Assembly: GCA_041483895.1 (NCBI GenBank)
Contig: JBGPGO010000001.1
Location: forward strand, 445,856-509,855
Direction of reading: 5' to 3'
Origin: Fimbriimonadia bacterium
Lineage (GTDB): Bacteria; Armatimonadota; Fimbriimonadia; Fimbriimonadales; JABRVX01
DNA length: 64,000 nucleotides
Shown: positions 38,798 through 47,298 of the stretch, one piece after another
Layout: each line of letters begins with the position of its first letter
How positions within the stretch are numbered: position 1 is the first letter of the stretch
Made by a program: the position numbers and the translations under genes
The notes under the pieces: generated by a model
The model's database searches: none
What the model was told of the DNA's origin: nothing
What the model saw: only the letters and a program-made list of their open reading frames with translations

Positions 38798-39049
38798 GCC
38801 TCAACTGGTCCTCCTGTTGAGGGACGTCCGGCAACTACTTCGGCGGCGCGGTGGACATCGGTCGGCAAATCGCACCATGTGGATATATTACACCAACTTT
38901 GGCGTCTTGGCGATCGGAAGCCTCCCAAAAACCCTCAACAGGAGGACCTGGCTGAGGGATTCAACCCGCCCCGAAGACCCTCGCCAGGAGGACCTGTCTG
39001 AGGGATGCCTCCCGAAAGTCCCTCAACAGGAGAACCTGTCTGAGGGATT
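38798..39049. repeat. REP family D cluster (4 copies, one inverted)
   Basis: CCCTCAACAGGAGGACCTG.CTGAGGGAT at about 38932, 38978 and 39020; inverted copy at 38798. Confidence 0.75.
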
Positions 39050-39057
39050 CTCCAATG

Positions 39058-40086
39058 CTAATCAACCGTAAACACAACCTTGCCACACTGGCCTTTGGCG
39101 ATCAGCTCCATCGCCTCCACAAACTGCGTGTAGTGGAATCGGTGCGTGATCACCGGGGCAATGTCCAGGCGGCGGGAGGAGAGCAACTCGTTCATCTGAT
39201 CCCACGTCTCCCACAGCTTGCGGCCCACGATCCCCTGCACTTCCAGCCCCTTAAAGATGATCTTGTCCATGTCCACTTCCAGCGGCTGGGGAAAGATGCC
39301 GAGCAGGCTGACCCGACCGCCGGGTCGCGTGCATTCGATCGCGGTCCCAAACGCCGAGGGATGGCCCGACATCTCCAGCGACACGTCGACGCCGATGCCA
39401 CTTGTCTCCGCCATCACGCGCGCGTTCACTTCGTCGCGCAACGGATTCAGCCGCACGTCGGCATCCATGCGAAGCGCCAGATCCAACCGGTAATCGCTCG
39501 TCTCCGTCACGATCACTTTTTTCGCGCCGCTCGCCTTCGCGATCCCGACGGCGAACAGCCCAATCGGACCCATACCCAAAATCAAGACCGTGCTGCCCTC
39601 AATCGGCCCGGCCAGCACCGTGTGGACCGCGTTGCCCAGCGGGTCCTGCACCGTCGCCACTTCCGCCGGGATGCGAGTATCGGTTTTGCGCGCGTTTTGC
39701 CACGGGACGACCAGCCAAGGAGCAAAGCACCCGTCCACATCCACCCCGATGATGCGTGTGTTCGCGCAGACGTGCCCCTGCCCCGCCAGGCATTGCGTGC
39801 AGTGGCCGCATGTGATGTGCGATTCACCCGCCACATAGTCGCCGGGAACCAACTCGGTCACACCCTCCCCAACCTCGTGCACATACCCGCACCATTCGTG
39901 GCCGATGATGCGCGGGGGATGGATGCGGCCCGCGGCCCAGGGGTCCCAGTTATAGATATGTGAATCGGTGCCACAAACGCTCGTTCGGTTGATCTTGACC
40001 TTTACGTGGCCGGGCTTTGTGTGGGGCTCTTCAACTTCAATCAGGTCGGCGCCCGGTGCGGGCCGGGTCTTGGCGATGGCTTTCAC
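39058..40086 (-). CDS. tdh: L-threonine 3-dehydrogenase
   Basis: CGTDSHIYNWDPWA, GHE, Zn-binding Cys cluster, GRKLWETW. Confidence 0.92.
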   Translation of the reverse strand: MKAIAKTRPAPGADLIEVEEPHTKPGHVKVKINRTSVCGTDSHIYNWDPWAAGRIHPPRIIGHEWCGYVHEVGEGVTELVPGDYVAGESHITCGHCTQCLAGQGHVCANTRIIGVDVDGCFAPWLVVPWQNARKTDTRIPAEVATVQDPLGNAVHTVLAGPIEGSTVLILGMGPIGLFAVGIAKASGAKKVIVTETSDYRLDLALRMDADVRLNPLRDEVNARVMAETSGIGVDVSLEMSGHPSAFGTAIECTRPGGRVSLLGIFPQPLEVDMDKIIFKGLEVQGIVGRKLWETWDQMNELLSSRRLDIAPVITHRFHYTQFVEAMELIAKGQCGKVVFTVD

Positions 40087-40122
40087 TGCCTCTTAGTTTA
40101 CACCGTTCCGACCGAGTAAGAT

Positions 40123-41514
40123 TTGATAGTGGCAAAGGCGACACAGCTCATCGAGAATCCAGATTTTCGGGCCGGCATGACCTCCTGGCGCGGGAACGGC
40201 GCGGGGGTGGCCCTCGTCCGTTCGGCGGGCGAGCAGATACTGCATCTTTCCGGCACAGTCGCCGATCCGGCCCGGGTCGCATCGCTTCCCACCGAAATCG
40301 TGGGGGGCGCGACCTATCGGGCGGCAGTTGGTTGCGAGTCGTTTCAGGCCCTCGGCTGCTCGGCCAGGGTGGTCTGGGCGGATGCGGACGGCAAGGATGT
40401 CGGACACTCCGAGCGCGCGCTGGAGGGAAGCGGCGAGACCGGCTGGGAAGTATCCGCCCCCCTGGAATCTTCCTTCGCCAGCCTTGCGATTGGGTCCGCG
40501 GGCGGGGATTTGTATCTGCGGTCCGTCACTCTTCGACCGGTCGGCCCTCGCCTGGAGATACCGCTGGTCTATACCGACCGGGCCGTCCTGCCTTGGGACA
40601 GCTTTGGATTCCTGCAGTGCGAAGTTCACAATTGCGGCAGTGAGACGATCACCCAACCGTTCATTGAGATACGTGCCGGCCGAGAGCTGGTTTCTCACGG
40701 AGTAGAGCCTACGCACACGTTGCCGGCGCTTGAGCCCGGCAGGTCCGTGGGTTGCTCCTGGCCGCTCACTACAGAAAGCCCCGGCGCATACGCGGTGCAG
40801 GTCCGCGTGCGTGGCGGCGGCTGCACCGCGGAAAAGGGGGGCAGCATTGTCGTTGGTGAGGAGCCGATCCGACTTACCTCCGATGGCAGCGCTTTGGAGA
40901 CCCGGCGCACCTACGTTTCGGTTTCCACCCGCACGTTTCGGCTCATTATTCCAAAGTTGGAGTTCGGATTTGGGACCGGCCAATTCGATTTCGGCGATCC
41001 GTTTCGATTTGGGGGCTGGGTCCGGGCGCTCGGAGCGGCATATTCCGAGCCGGGCGGACCCCCGCGCCTGCTCTATGGCCGCCGATCGCGGATTGACGGC
41101 GGCACGCTCATGCTATACAATTCCGATCACCTGGCGGACTGGGAGATAACGTTCCGGGCCAACTTGGACCTCAACTCCATCGGCGTTCTTACCCGCTACA
41201 TCGCCCGTCGCGACCACACGATTGTCGCGCTCGAGGGCATCAACGTCTGCATTTCCCAGCCGGAAACCGTTGTGGAGACGGTGCAGGATGAATATCAATG
41301 CGCATTGGCCGTCCGGCGCGGGGAGCGTCTCTATTCGGCGATTTTGCGATGGCAGGAGATGGGTGGCTCGCAGTTCAGGCCGGGCCCACAGGCGGCGAGT
41401 CCGACAGGCTGGCTCTCCGCCACGATGTATCCCAAAGAGACCCGTGTCGCCGCCGGACGGCAACTAATTTGGCACCAAGACCTGTGGATCGGTCCGATCG
41501 AGCAAGCCATCTAA
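40123..41514 (+). CDS. Hypothetical beta-rich protein (CBM-like N-terminus, Ig-like domain)
   Basis: LIENPDF...W start; VHNCGSE...LEPGRS segment. Confidence 0.65.
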   Translation: MIVAKATQLIENPDFRAGMTSWRGNGAGVALVRSAGEQILHLSGTVADPARVASLPTEIVGGATYRAAVGCESFQALGCSARVVWADADGKDVGHSERALEGSGETGWEVSAPLESSFASLAIGSAGGDLYLRSVTLRPVGPRLEIPLVYTDRAVLPWDSFGFLQCEVHNCGSETITQPFIEIRAGRELVSHGVEPTHTLPALEPGRSVGCSWPLTTESPGAYAVQVRVRGGGCTAEKGGSIVVGEEPIRLTSDGSALETRRTYVSVSTRTFRLIIPKLEFGFGTGQFDFGDPFRFGGWVRALGAAYSEPGGPPRLLYGRRSRIDGGTLMLYNSDHLADWEITFRANLDLNSIGVLTRYIARRDHTIVALEGINVCISQPETVVETVQDEYQCALAVRRGERLYSAILRWQEMGGSQFRPGPQAASPTGWLSATMYPKETRVAAGRQLIWHQDLWIGPIEQAI

Positions 41515-41515
41515 C

Positions 41516-41622
41516 CGTAACGCCGCCTTCCAGGCGGCCTAAGAATTCATGCCTTACTCGTAACGCTGCCTTCCGGGCGGCAGAAATATTCCCCACAATG
41601 CCGCCTGGAAGGCGGCGTTACG
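41516..41622. repeat. REP family B cluster (3 copies)
   Basis: CGTAACGCCGCCTTCCAGGCGGC and a variant copy, plus one inverted copy. Confidence 0.8.
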
Positions 41623-41634
41623 TATAATACAGGA

Positions 41635-44445
41635 ATGCAGCGTGTTGCGCCGCTAACGTTTCTGTTTACCGATATCGTGGGGAGCTCGAGCCTTTGGGAG
41701 CGGGCGCCGCTTGCCATGACGCAGGCACTCGAGCTGCACAACCAAGTCCTTGCCGACGCCATCGCCTCGCACTCTGGCCGCATATTCAAGAATCTTGGTG
41801 ACGGCGTGTGCGCAGTTTTCGATGGCGCGTCGGACGCCATCGAAGCGTGCCTGGCCATTCAGCGCGGCATCGATCGGCAGGCATGGGTGGGTGTCGAGGA
41901 CCTGACGGTCCGCATCGCCGTCCATTCCGGCGATGCGATTGGAACAGGGGACGACTACTTTGGCCCGACGCTCAATCGCTGCGCGCGGATCCTCATGTTG
42001 GGCCACGGCGGTCAGGCGCTCCTCTCCCTCGCTGTCAAAGAGTCCGCCAAGCGCCTCCAGGAAGGCGCAAAGATTGTGGACCTGGGCATCCATCGACTTC
42101 GAGACCTATCGGAACCGGAACACATTTTCCAGCTCTCCAATGCCGGCCATCAGGACGAATTCCCTCCCATCCGAAGCGTAGACGATTTTCCGAACAATCT
42201 GCCGGCGGAGGTCAGCAGCTTTGTCGGACGCACCGAGGCAATTCGCGCCGTAAAGGCCTTGATCCTGAAGAACCGCCTTGTCACTTTGTCCGGTTCCGGC
42301 GGTGCCGGAAAGACTCGGCTTGCCTTGCGCGTTGCCGCGGAGGTGTTGGAGGAATTCGAAGACGGGGTTTGGATTGCACAGTTGGCTGCGGTCGCCGACT
42401 CGGGCCTTGTGCCGACAACTGTGGCAAGCGTTCTCGGCGTGCTGGGGGAGCCGTTGCACGATCTCACTGACACGCTTGCAGCAGAGCTGCGACACCGGAA
42501 GCTGCTCCTACTCCTCGACAATTGCGACCACCTTGTCGCGGAATGCCACAGATTGGTGGCAAAGCTGCTGCCAATTTGTCCGGGTCTTCGTGTACTGGCT
42601 ACGAGCCGCGAAGTTCTCAACGTTGCCGGTGAGGTGGATTGGCGGGTGCCCCCGCTCACGCTTCCCACCGGAGCCCAACTGACCGCGCAGCAGATTCAGG
42701 GATATGAGTCGGTGCAGCTCTTTCACGAAAGGGCCTCGGCCACGAAGAATCGGTTCGCGATCACCGATCAGAATGCTGCCGCCGTAGCGGAGATATGTAC
42801 GCGCCTCGACGGCATCCCACTTGCGATCGAGCTTGCCGCTGCACGGGTCAAGGTGCTTTCGCCGGAACAGATCGCCGAGCGCCTGAACGACCGATTTCGC
42901 CTCCTCGCAAGGAGCGCGGGCAATGTCCCACCACGGCAGCAGACTCTGCGGGCCACCATCGAGTGGAGCTACGATCTCCTCACCCCGGACGAACAGGATT
43001 CGTTCTGCCGGTTCGCCGCGTTTGTCGGTGGGTTTAGCCTCGCGGCATCCGAAGCCGTCGCGGGAGACGCGACGCACGAACCGCTGGAGATGCTTACGCG
43101 ACTCGTCGATAAGTCGCTTGTAACGAGCGACTCCTATGAAGACGAAGTCCGTTTTCGACTGCTGGAATCCATTCGCGAGTTCGGCTGGGAAAAGCTCAGC
43201 GTCAAAGAGTTTGGAACCGACGTGTCGCGGCGGCATGCGCACACCTATCGCGACCTGGTGTTTGGATCGGATGATCCCGAGCGGCTGGACCTGGAGTATG
43301 GCAACATCCGCGCCGCGCTCAACTGGCTTGCGGCAAACGAATCGGATCAGGGATTGGAGCTGGCGGTGGCGTTGGCGCCCTACTGGCGGCTGCGCGGACA
43401 CGTTCAAGAGGCGCAACAACGACTCGCCGGCCTGCTGGATCGCGCCACCGCGGCACCGGGGCCCATTCGCGCCCGGGCCCTCATTGCCGCGGGGACATTT
43501 TCTACCAGCCGTTCGGAGTTTAAAACCGCTCAGTTCTATCTCGAAAAAGGTTTGGAGCAGAGCAGCAAAATCGGCGATGAAGCGGAAATCGGAAACGCCC
43601 TCAACGCCATGGGGAATTTAGAGTATACCCGCGGCCATTTTGCCCGGGCCGGCGAGCTGTACGAAGAAAGCCTCGTCATCCGTCGGAAGCTCGGCGATCG
43701 AAGCGCCATTTCAGCCTCGCTTTGCAATCTCGGCAGCGTTGCCCGGATGGAGAATCGAGCCAATGAGGGCCTGGCGTTTTTTGAGGAAAGCCTCGCCATA
43801 GATCGAGAGTTGGGAGATTCGATCGGCATTGGCACGACGCTGTGCAACATAGGTGTCACTTCGCAAACCGCGGGCGATACGGACCGTGCCCGGAAATGCT
43901 TTGACGAAAGTCTGGCGATCGAGCGATCGATTGGCAATCGTCCTGGTCTGGCTAGGACCCTACACAATCGGGCAATGCTCGCCCAGCACGTTGGCGATTT
44001 GGATCTCGCGCGCTCTCTCTATCAGGAAAGTTTGGCAATTCGAACGGACATTGGGGACCGCAGCGGCGTGGCGATGGCGCTGAACAATCTTGGTTTTTTG
44101 GCATTGGGTCAGGGCGACGCCGAAACCTCGAAAGGCCATTTTCGAGAGAGCCTCGTCGCGTTTCACCAGCTTGGGATCGATGAGGGTGTCGCCGCATGCT
44201 TGGAAGGGTTGGGGCAATCGGCGTGCGAGCGGGAAGAGTGGGAGCGAGCGACGCTTTTGTTCGGTGCGGCGGCAGCGATTCGAGAGGTGGAAAGCATCCC
44301 ATTGCCTGCCAACGAAGTGGTGGAACATGAGAAGCGTATGGCCGATTTGCGCTCGCGTCTGGAACCCCAGCCGTTCGACCGCAACTGGCTCCACGGCCGC
44401 GCAATGCCGATGGAAGAGTTGATTGCATTTGCAATTGAGAACTAG
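41635..44445 (+). CDS. Class III nucleotide cyclase + STAND ATPase + TPR protein
   Basis: FTDIVGSS and LGDG; GSGGAGKT; LLLDNCDH; LDGIPLAIELAAAR; TPR array. Confidence 0.9.
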   Translation: MQRVAPLTFLFTDIVGSSSLWERAPLAMTQALELHNQVLADAIASHSGRIFKNLGDGVCAVFDGASDAIEACLAIQRGIDRQAWVGVEDLTVRIAVHSGDAIGTGDDYFGPTLNRCARILMLGHGGQALLSLAVKESAKRLQEGAKIVDLGIHRLRDLSEPEHIFQLSNAGHQDEFPPIRSVDDFPNNLPAEVSSFVGRTEAIRAVKALILKNRLVTLSGSGGAGKTRLALRVAAEVLEEFEDGVWIAQLAAVADSGLVPTTVASVLGVLGEPLHDLTDTLAAELRHRKLLLLLDNCDHLVAECHRLVAKLLPICPGLRVLATSREVLNVAGEVDWRVPPLTLPTGAQLTAQQIQGYESVQLFHERASATKNRFAITDQNAAAVAEICTRLDGIPLAIELAAARVKVLSPEQIAERLNDRFRLLARSAGNVPPRQQTLRATIEWSYDLLTPDEQDSFCRFAAFVGGFSLAASEAVAGDATHEPLEMLTRLVDKSLVTSDSYEDEVRFRLLESIREFGWEKLSVKEFGTDVSRRHAHTYRDLVFGSDDPERLDLEYGNIRAALNWLAANESDQGLELAVALAPYWRLRGHVQEAQQRLAGLLDRATAAPGPIRARALIAAGTFSTSRSEFKTAQFYLEKGLEQSSKIGDEAEIGNALNAMGNLEYTRGHFARAGELYEESLVIRRKLGDRSAISASLCNLGSVARMENRANEGLAFFEESLAIDRELGDSIGIGTTLCNIGVTSQTAGDTDRARKCFDESLAIERSIGNRPGLARTLHNRAMLAQHVGDLDLARSLYQESLAIRTDIGDRSGVAMALNNLGFLALGQGDAETSKGHFRESLVAFHQLGIDEGVAACLEGLGQSACEREEWERATLLFGAAAAIREVESIPLPANEVVEHEKRMADLRSRLEPQPFDRNWLHGRAMPMEELIAFAIEN

Positions 44446-44449
44446 TGAG

Positions 44450-46573
44450 TTATTTCGGAACCGGCGTTTGTGCCAGCGACTTCTCCGGATTTAGCTTCCC
44501 GTTCCCCCACGCGAAATTCGGAACAGCTCCCGTGAAAGTGTCCATCATAGCCGTCTTCCTAAGAATCTCCTGCACCTGCGCCGCATCCAGCTTCGGATTC
44601 TTTTGCAGCATCAGCGCGATCACCCCGGTCGCATACGGTGTCGCCGCGCTCGTTCCGCACCATGCGATATGAGCGCCGTCTTGCGCTATGCGCAACTTGT
44701 CCGGCGTCCCTTCCGACGTACGGCCCATCTTGCACCCTTCCGCCAAAGTGGAGATCATATACCGACCCGGCGCGACGATGTCGGGCTTGATCGCGCCATC
44801 CCGCCGATAGCCGACGCTCGAAAAATCCGATATGCCTCCGAGTTCTAAGTTATATGTCGTCTGCTTACCGTCGATATTGTTCCATTTATCGCGAAAGTCG
44901 TAGGAGCCGATGGTTAGGACGTTCGAAGCGTTGCCCGGCGATCCGATCAAGAAGCGCGATTCCTCGCCCTTGCCAAACGTCGCCTCGGTTGTGAAAGGCA
45001 TGTACAGATCAAATCGCCCGTTCGTCACTTTTTCCGATGCGCCATACGCGTACAGCCAATACTTGCCCGGATAAAGGACCACCTGCAGCCGGTCGTACTT
45101 CGCACCCGCCCTCGTCACGGTCACGCCGTTCTGCTTGTTGAAATACTCTTCAAAACTCTTGGGTCCCCCCTCGGCGGGAGCGCCACCCTTCCATATCGGC
45201 CCATTATATGCATCGCCGCTTATCGAGGAAAGGGATGCGTCGAGCTTTCGCGTGGCCCCGCTGTAGGTCACCATGCAGGCAAGCGGTTTTCCCGCAGGAT
45301 CCGTCAAGAATTGATCCCGCCCCAAAACTGCAAATCCCCACTCGTCGCCAACATCAAAATAGGCGTCCAGTTCCGTCCGCGCTGTCACGAAAAGCTCGAT
45401 TGGTTCCGATTCCACATCGCCCTGCCCGTCTCGGCGCGGCCCGAATCGACCGCCGGCGTGGAACGCGTGCTTGCCTTCGTTGCCCGCAGAAACGCAGATC
45501 ACGACACCAGGCTTCCCGGCGCCCACTAGAGAATCGAGAAACTTCTCTTCATCCGCATCGCCGTCGTGCGCGGAGTCATGACCGCCAAGACTCATGTTGA
45601 TCACGCACGGCCGGCCTAGTTTCGCGGCCACGTCGGCAATCCATTTCGCGGCCAGGTAGTAATCCATGTTGATGATTCCGCTGTCCCGGAACGCTTTGAC
45701 AACGATCAGGTCCGCATCCGGCGCGACGCCTTTGTAAATGCCTTCCGGCACGCCGTTGCCGGTGCCCCGGCCATTGCCTGCGGCCGTCCCGGAGACCGCC
45801 GTCCCGTGACCGATGATGTCTCGCGAATTCACGGTCCCGCTCCCTTTGAGCGCGGCATTGATCTGGTCGGCGGTGTAAAGCGTGCCGACCGGCCCCTTTT
45901 TGTCCTTCAGCGGAGGCTCGGTGCCGGTCTTGCCTGCGGAATCGGTCCATGTATCATCCCACATGTCATAAAGATAGAGAATGCGTGTCGTTCCATCGGC
46001 TCGCTGGAAATCCTTATGCCGCCAATCAACACCGGAATCGATCACTCCGATGATCACACCTTTGCCGGTAAGTCCCTTCGCATCGAACGCCTCACTCCCT
46101 CGCGCGACTCCGCGCGGCCGGATCTTGGGGATATCACCATCCTGTGGGTCTGCCGGAATCTGGACCGGCCGCAAAGCGGCGATGGACACGATGCCGATCA
46201 ACTCCGCCAGCCGCCGCAACCCAAGGACCGGAACACTTGCGTAAAACCGATCTCCCGATCGACTCTTCACATCGACGTCGACCTTCTCCAATTGCGCCGC
46301 GTCCAGTCCCGAGCCGACAACCGCGATCGAAACCACGGGGTTCGCGCTATCGCCAACGATTCCAAATCGCGTGGCCAACTGCGAGGCAGAGTAGCGTTCC
46401 ATCAGATCGCCGGGCCGGAACTGCTCATATAGCGCCGCCAACTCCGGCGCAAGAACATCGTGACCCCGGGCGACACGGCCGAACGCATAGCTGCCGGGAT
46501 AATGCAGCGTCGGAGGCGCATCGCTCCACATCCCGCATGCCATCGCACAAACTGCCAGAAGAACGCCGATCAT
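44450..46573 (-). CDS. Secreted S8 subtilase
   Basis: VIDSG, GHGT, SAGNEG, GTSAATP; signal peptide from ATG 46573. Confidence 0.9.
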   Translation of the reverse strand: MIGVLLAVCAMACGMWSDAPPTLHYPGSYAFGRVARGHDVLAPELAALYEQFRPGDLMERYSASQLATRFGIVGDSANPVVSIAVVGSGLDAAQLEKVDVDVKSRSGDRFYASVPVLGLRRLAELIGIVSIAALRPVQIPADPQDGDIPKIRPRGVARGSEAFDAKGLTGKGVIIGVIDSGVDWRHKDFQRADGTTRILYLYDMWDDTWTDSAGKTGTEPPLKDKKGPVGTLYTADQINAALKGSGTVNSRDIIGHGTAVSGTAAGNGRGTGNGVPEGIYKGVAPDADLIVVKAFRDSGIINMDYYLAAKWIADVAAKLGRPCVINMSLGGHDSAHDGDADEEKFLDSLVGAGKPGVVICVSAGNEGKHAFHAGGRFGPRRDGQGDVESEPIELFVTARTELDAYFDVGDEWGFAVLGRDQFLTDPAGKPLACMVTYSGATRKLDASLSSISGDAYNGPIWKGGAPAEGGPKSFEEYFNKQNGVTVTRAGAKYDRLQVVLYPGKYWLYAYGASEKVTNGRFDLYMPFTTEATFGKGEESRFLIGSPGNASNVLTIGSYDFRDKWNNIDGKQTTYNLELGGISDFSSVGYRRDGAIKPDIVAPGRYMISTLAEGCKMGRTSEGTPDKLRIAQDGAHIAWCGTSAATPYATGVIALMLQKNPKLDAAQVQEILRKTAMMDTFTGAVPNFAWGNGKLNPEKSLAQTPVPK

Positions 46574-46584
46574 TGCTGCGCCAC

Positions 46585-47298
46585 CTAATTCGTCTCCAAC
46601 ACAAAGTTGGAGGCGGCCTTTCCCACATTTTTCACTTTGATTTGGAACGCACCCATCTTCTTTGGGAACCACGAAATCTTGCACGGGGCGAAGCCGTTGG
46701 CAATCAGAAGGCCATTGGCATCGCGGATTTCAACGAACAGCTTTCCGCCGTTGACGCAGGCCTCCGCTCGTTTCGCCCCTTCAAAATCCATTGTATAGGT
46801 GACGTTCTCTCCGACCTTCAACGCGCCGGAATCCAGCACCGGAGCGACGATGCTGCCGCGCGCGGTGACCGCCATCGCGCGGATGATGCCGGCCAACGCC
46901 TTGTTGCCCAGCCCGGTTTGCGGGTTCTCCGCCATCTTCGCGGCCAACTCCAGATAGGTCCGATTCCCGGTCTCTGCCGCCACTTGGGCAGTCATATTCA
47001 AAAGGGTGACGGAATCGTAGCGCCCGTCATCCGGCACCTGTTTCGAGTAGGTTGGCGTTATATGCCGTAGTTTCAGCGTCTGCTCGTTCGACATTCGCAA
47101 TCCTGTCGCGCTCAGCAGGTAGGCCGGATTCTTCGTCGATTTGCCCTTTTCGGCCAAGTCCAGTATCGTCTTCTCGATATCCACGGAGGCCTTCGCCTTT
47201 TCGACAGTCGGCTTTTGCGACGGGTTCAGGTTCGGTGTCTGCGCGCCGAGGACCGCGAATGCCGTCAGCGCCGCCAGGGTGATCTCTCTTTGTTTCAT
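46585..47298 (-). CDS. Probable internally initiated secreted protein (helical + PPC-like beta domain)
   Basis: GGAGG 10 nt before ATG 47298; MKQREITLAALTAFAVLGA signal peptide. Confidence 0.6.
   Translation of the reverse strand: MKQREITLAALTAFAVLGAQTPNLNPSQKPTVEKAKASVDIEKTILDLAEKGKSTKNPAYLLSATGLRMSNEQTLKLRHITPTYSKQVPDDGRYDSVTLLNMTAQVAAETGNRTYLELAAKMAENPQTGLGNKALAGIIRAMAVTARGSIVAPVLDSGALKVGENVTYTMDFEGAKRAEACVNGGKLFVEIRDANGLLIANGFAPCKISWFPKKMGAFQIKVKNVGKAASNFVLETN

Noticed and set aside
38920-39050. Three ~29-bp palindromic repeats as a CRISPR array
   Set aside because: Spacers are only about 13-17 bp, one copy is inverted and no cas genes are present; REP-like instead.
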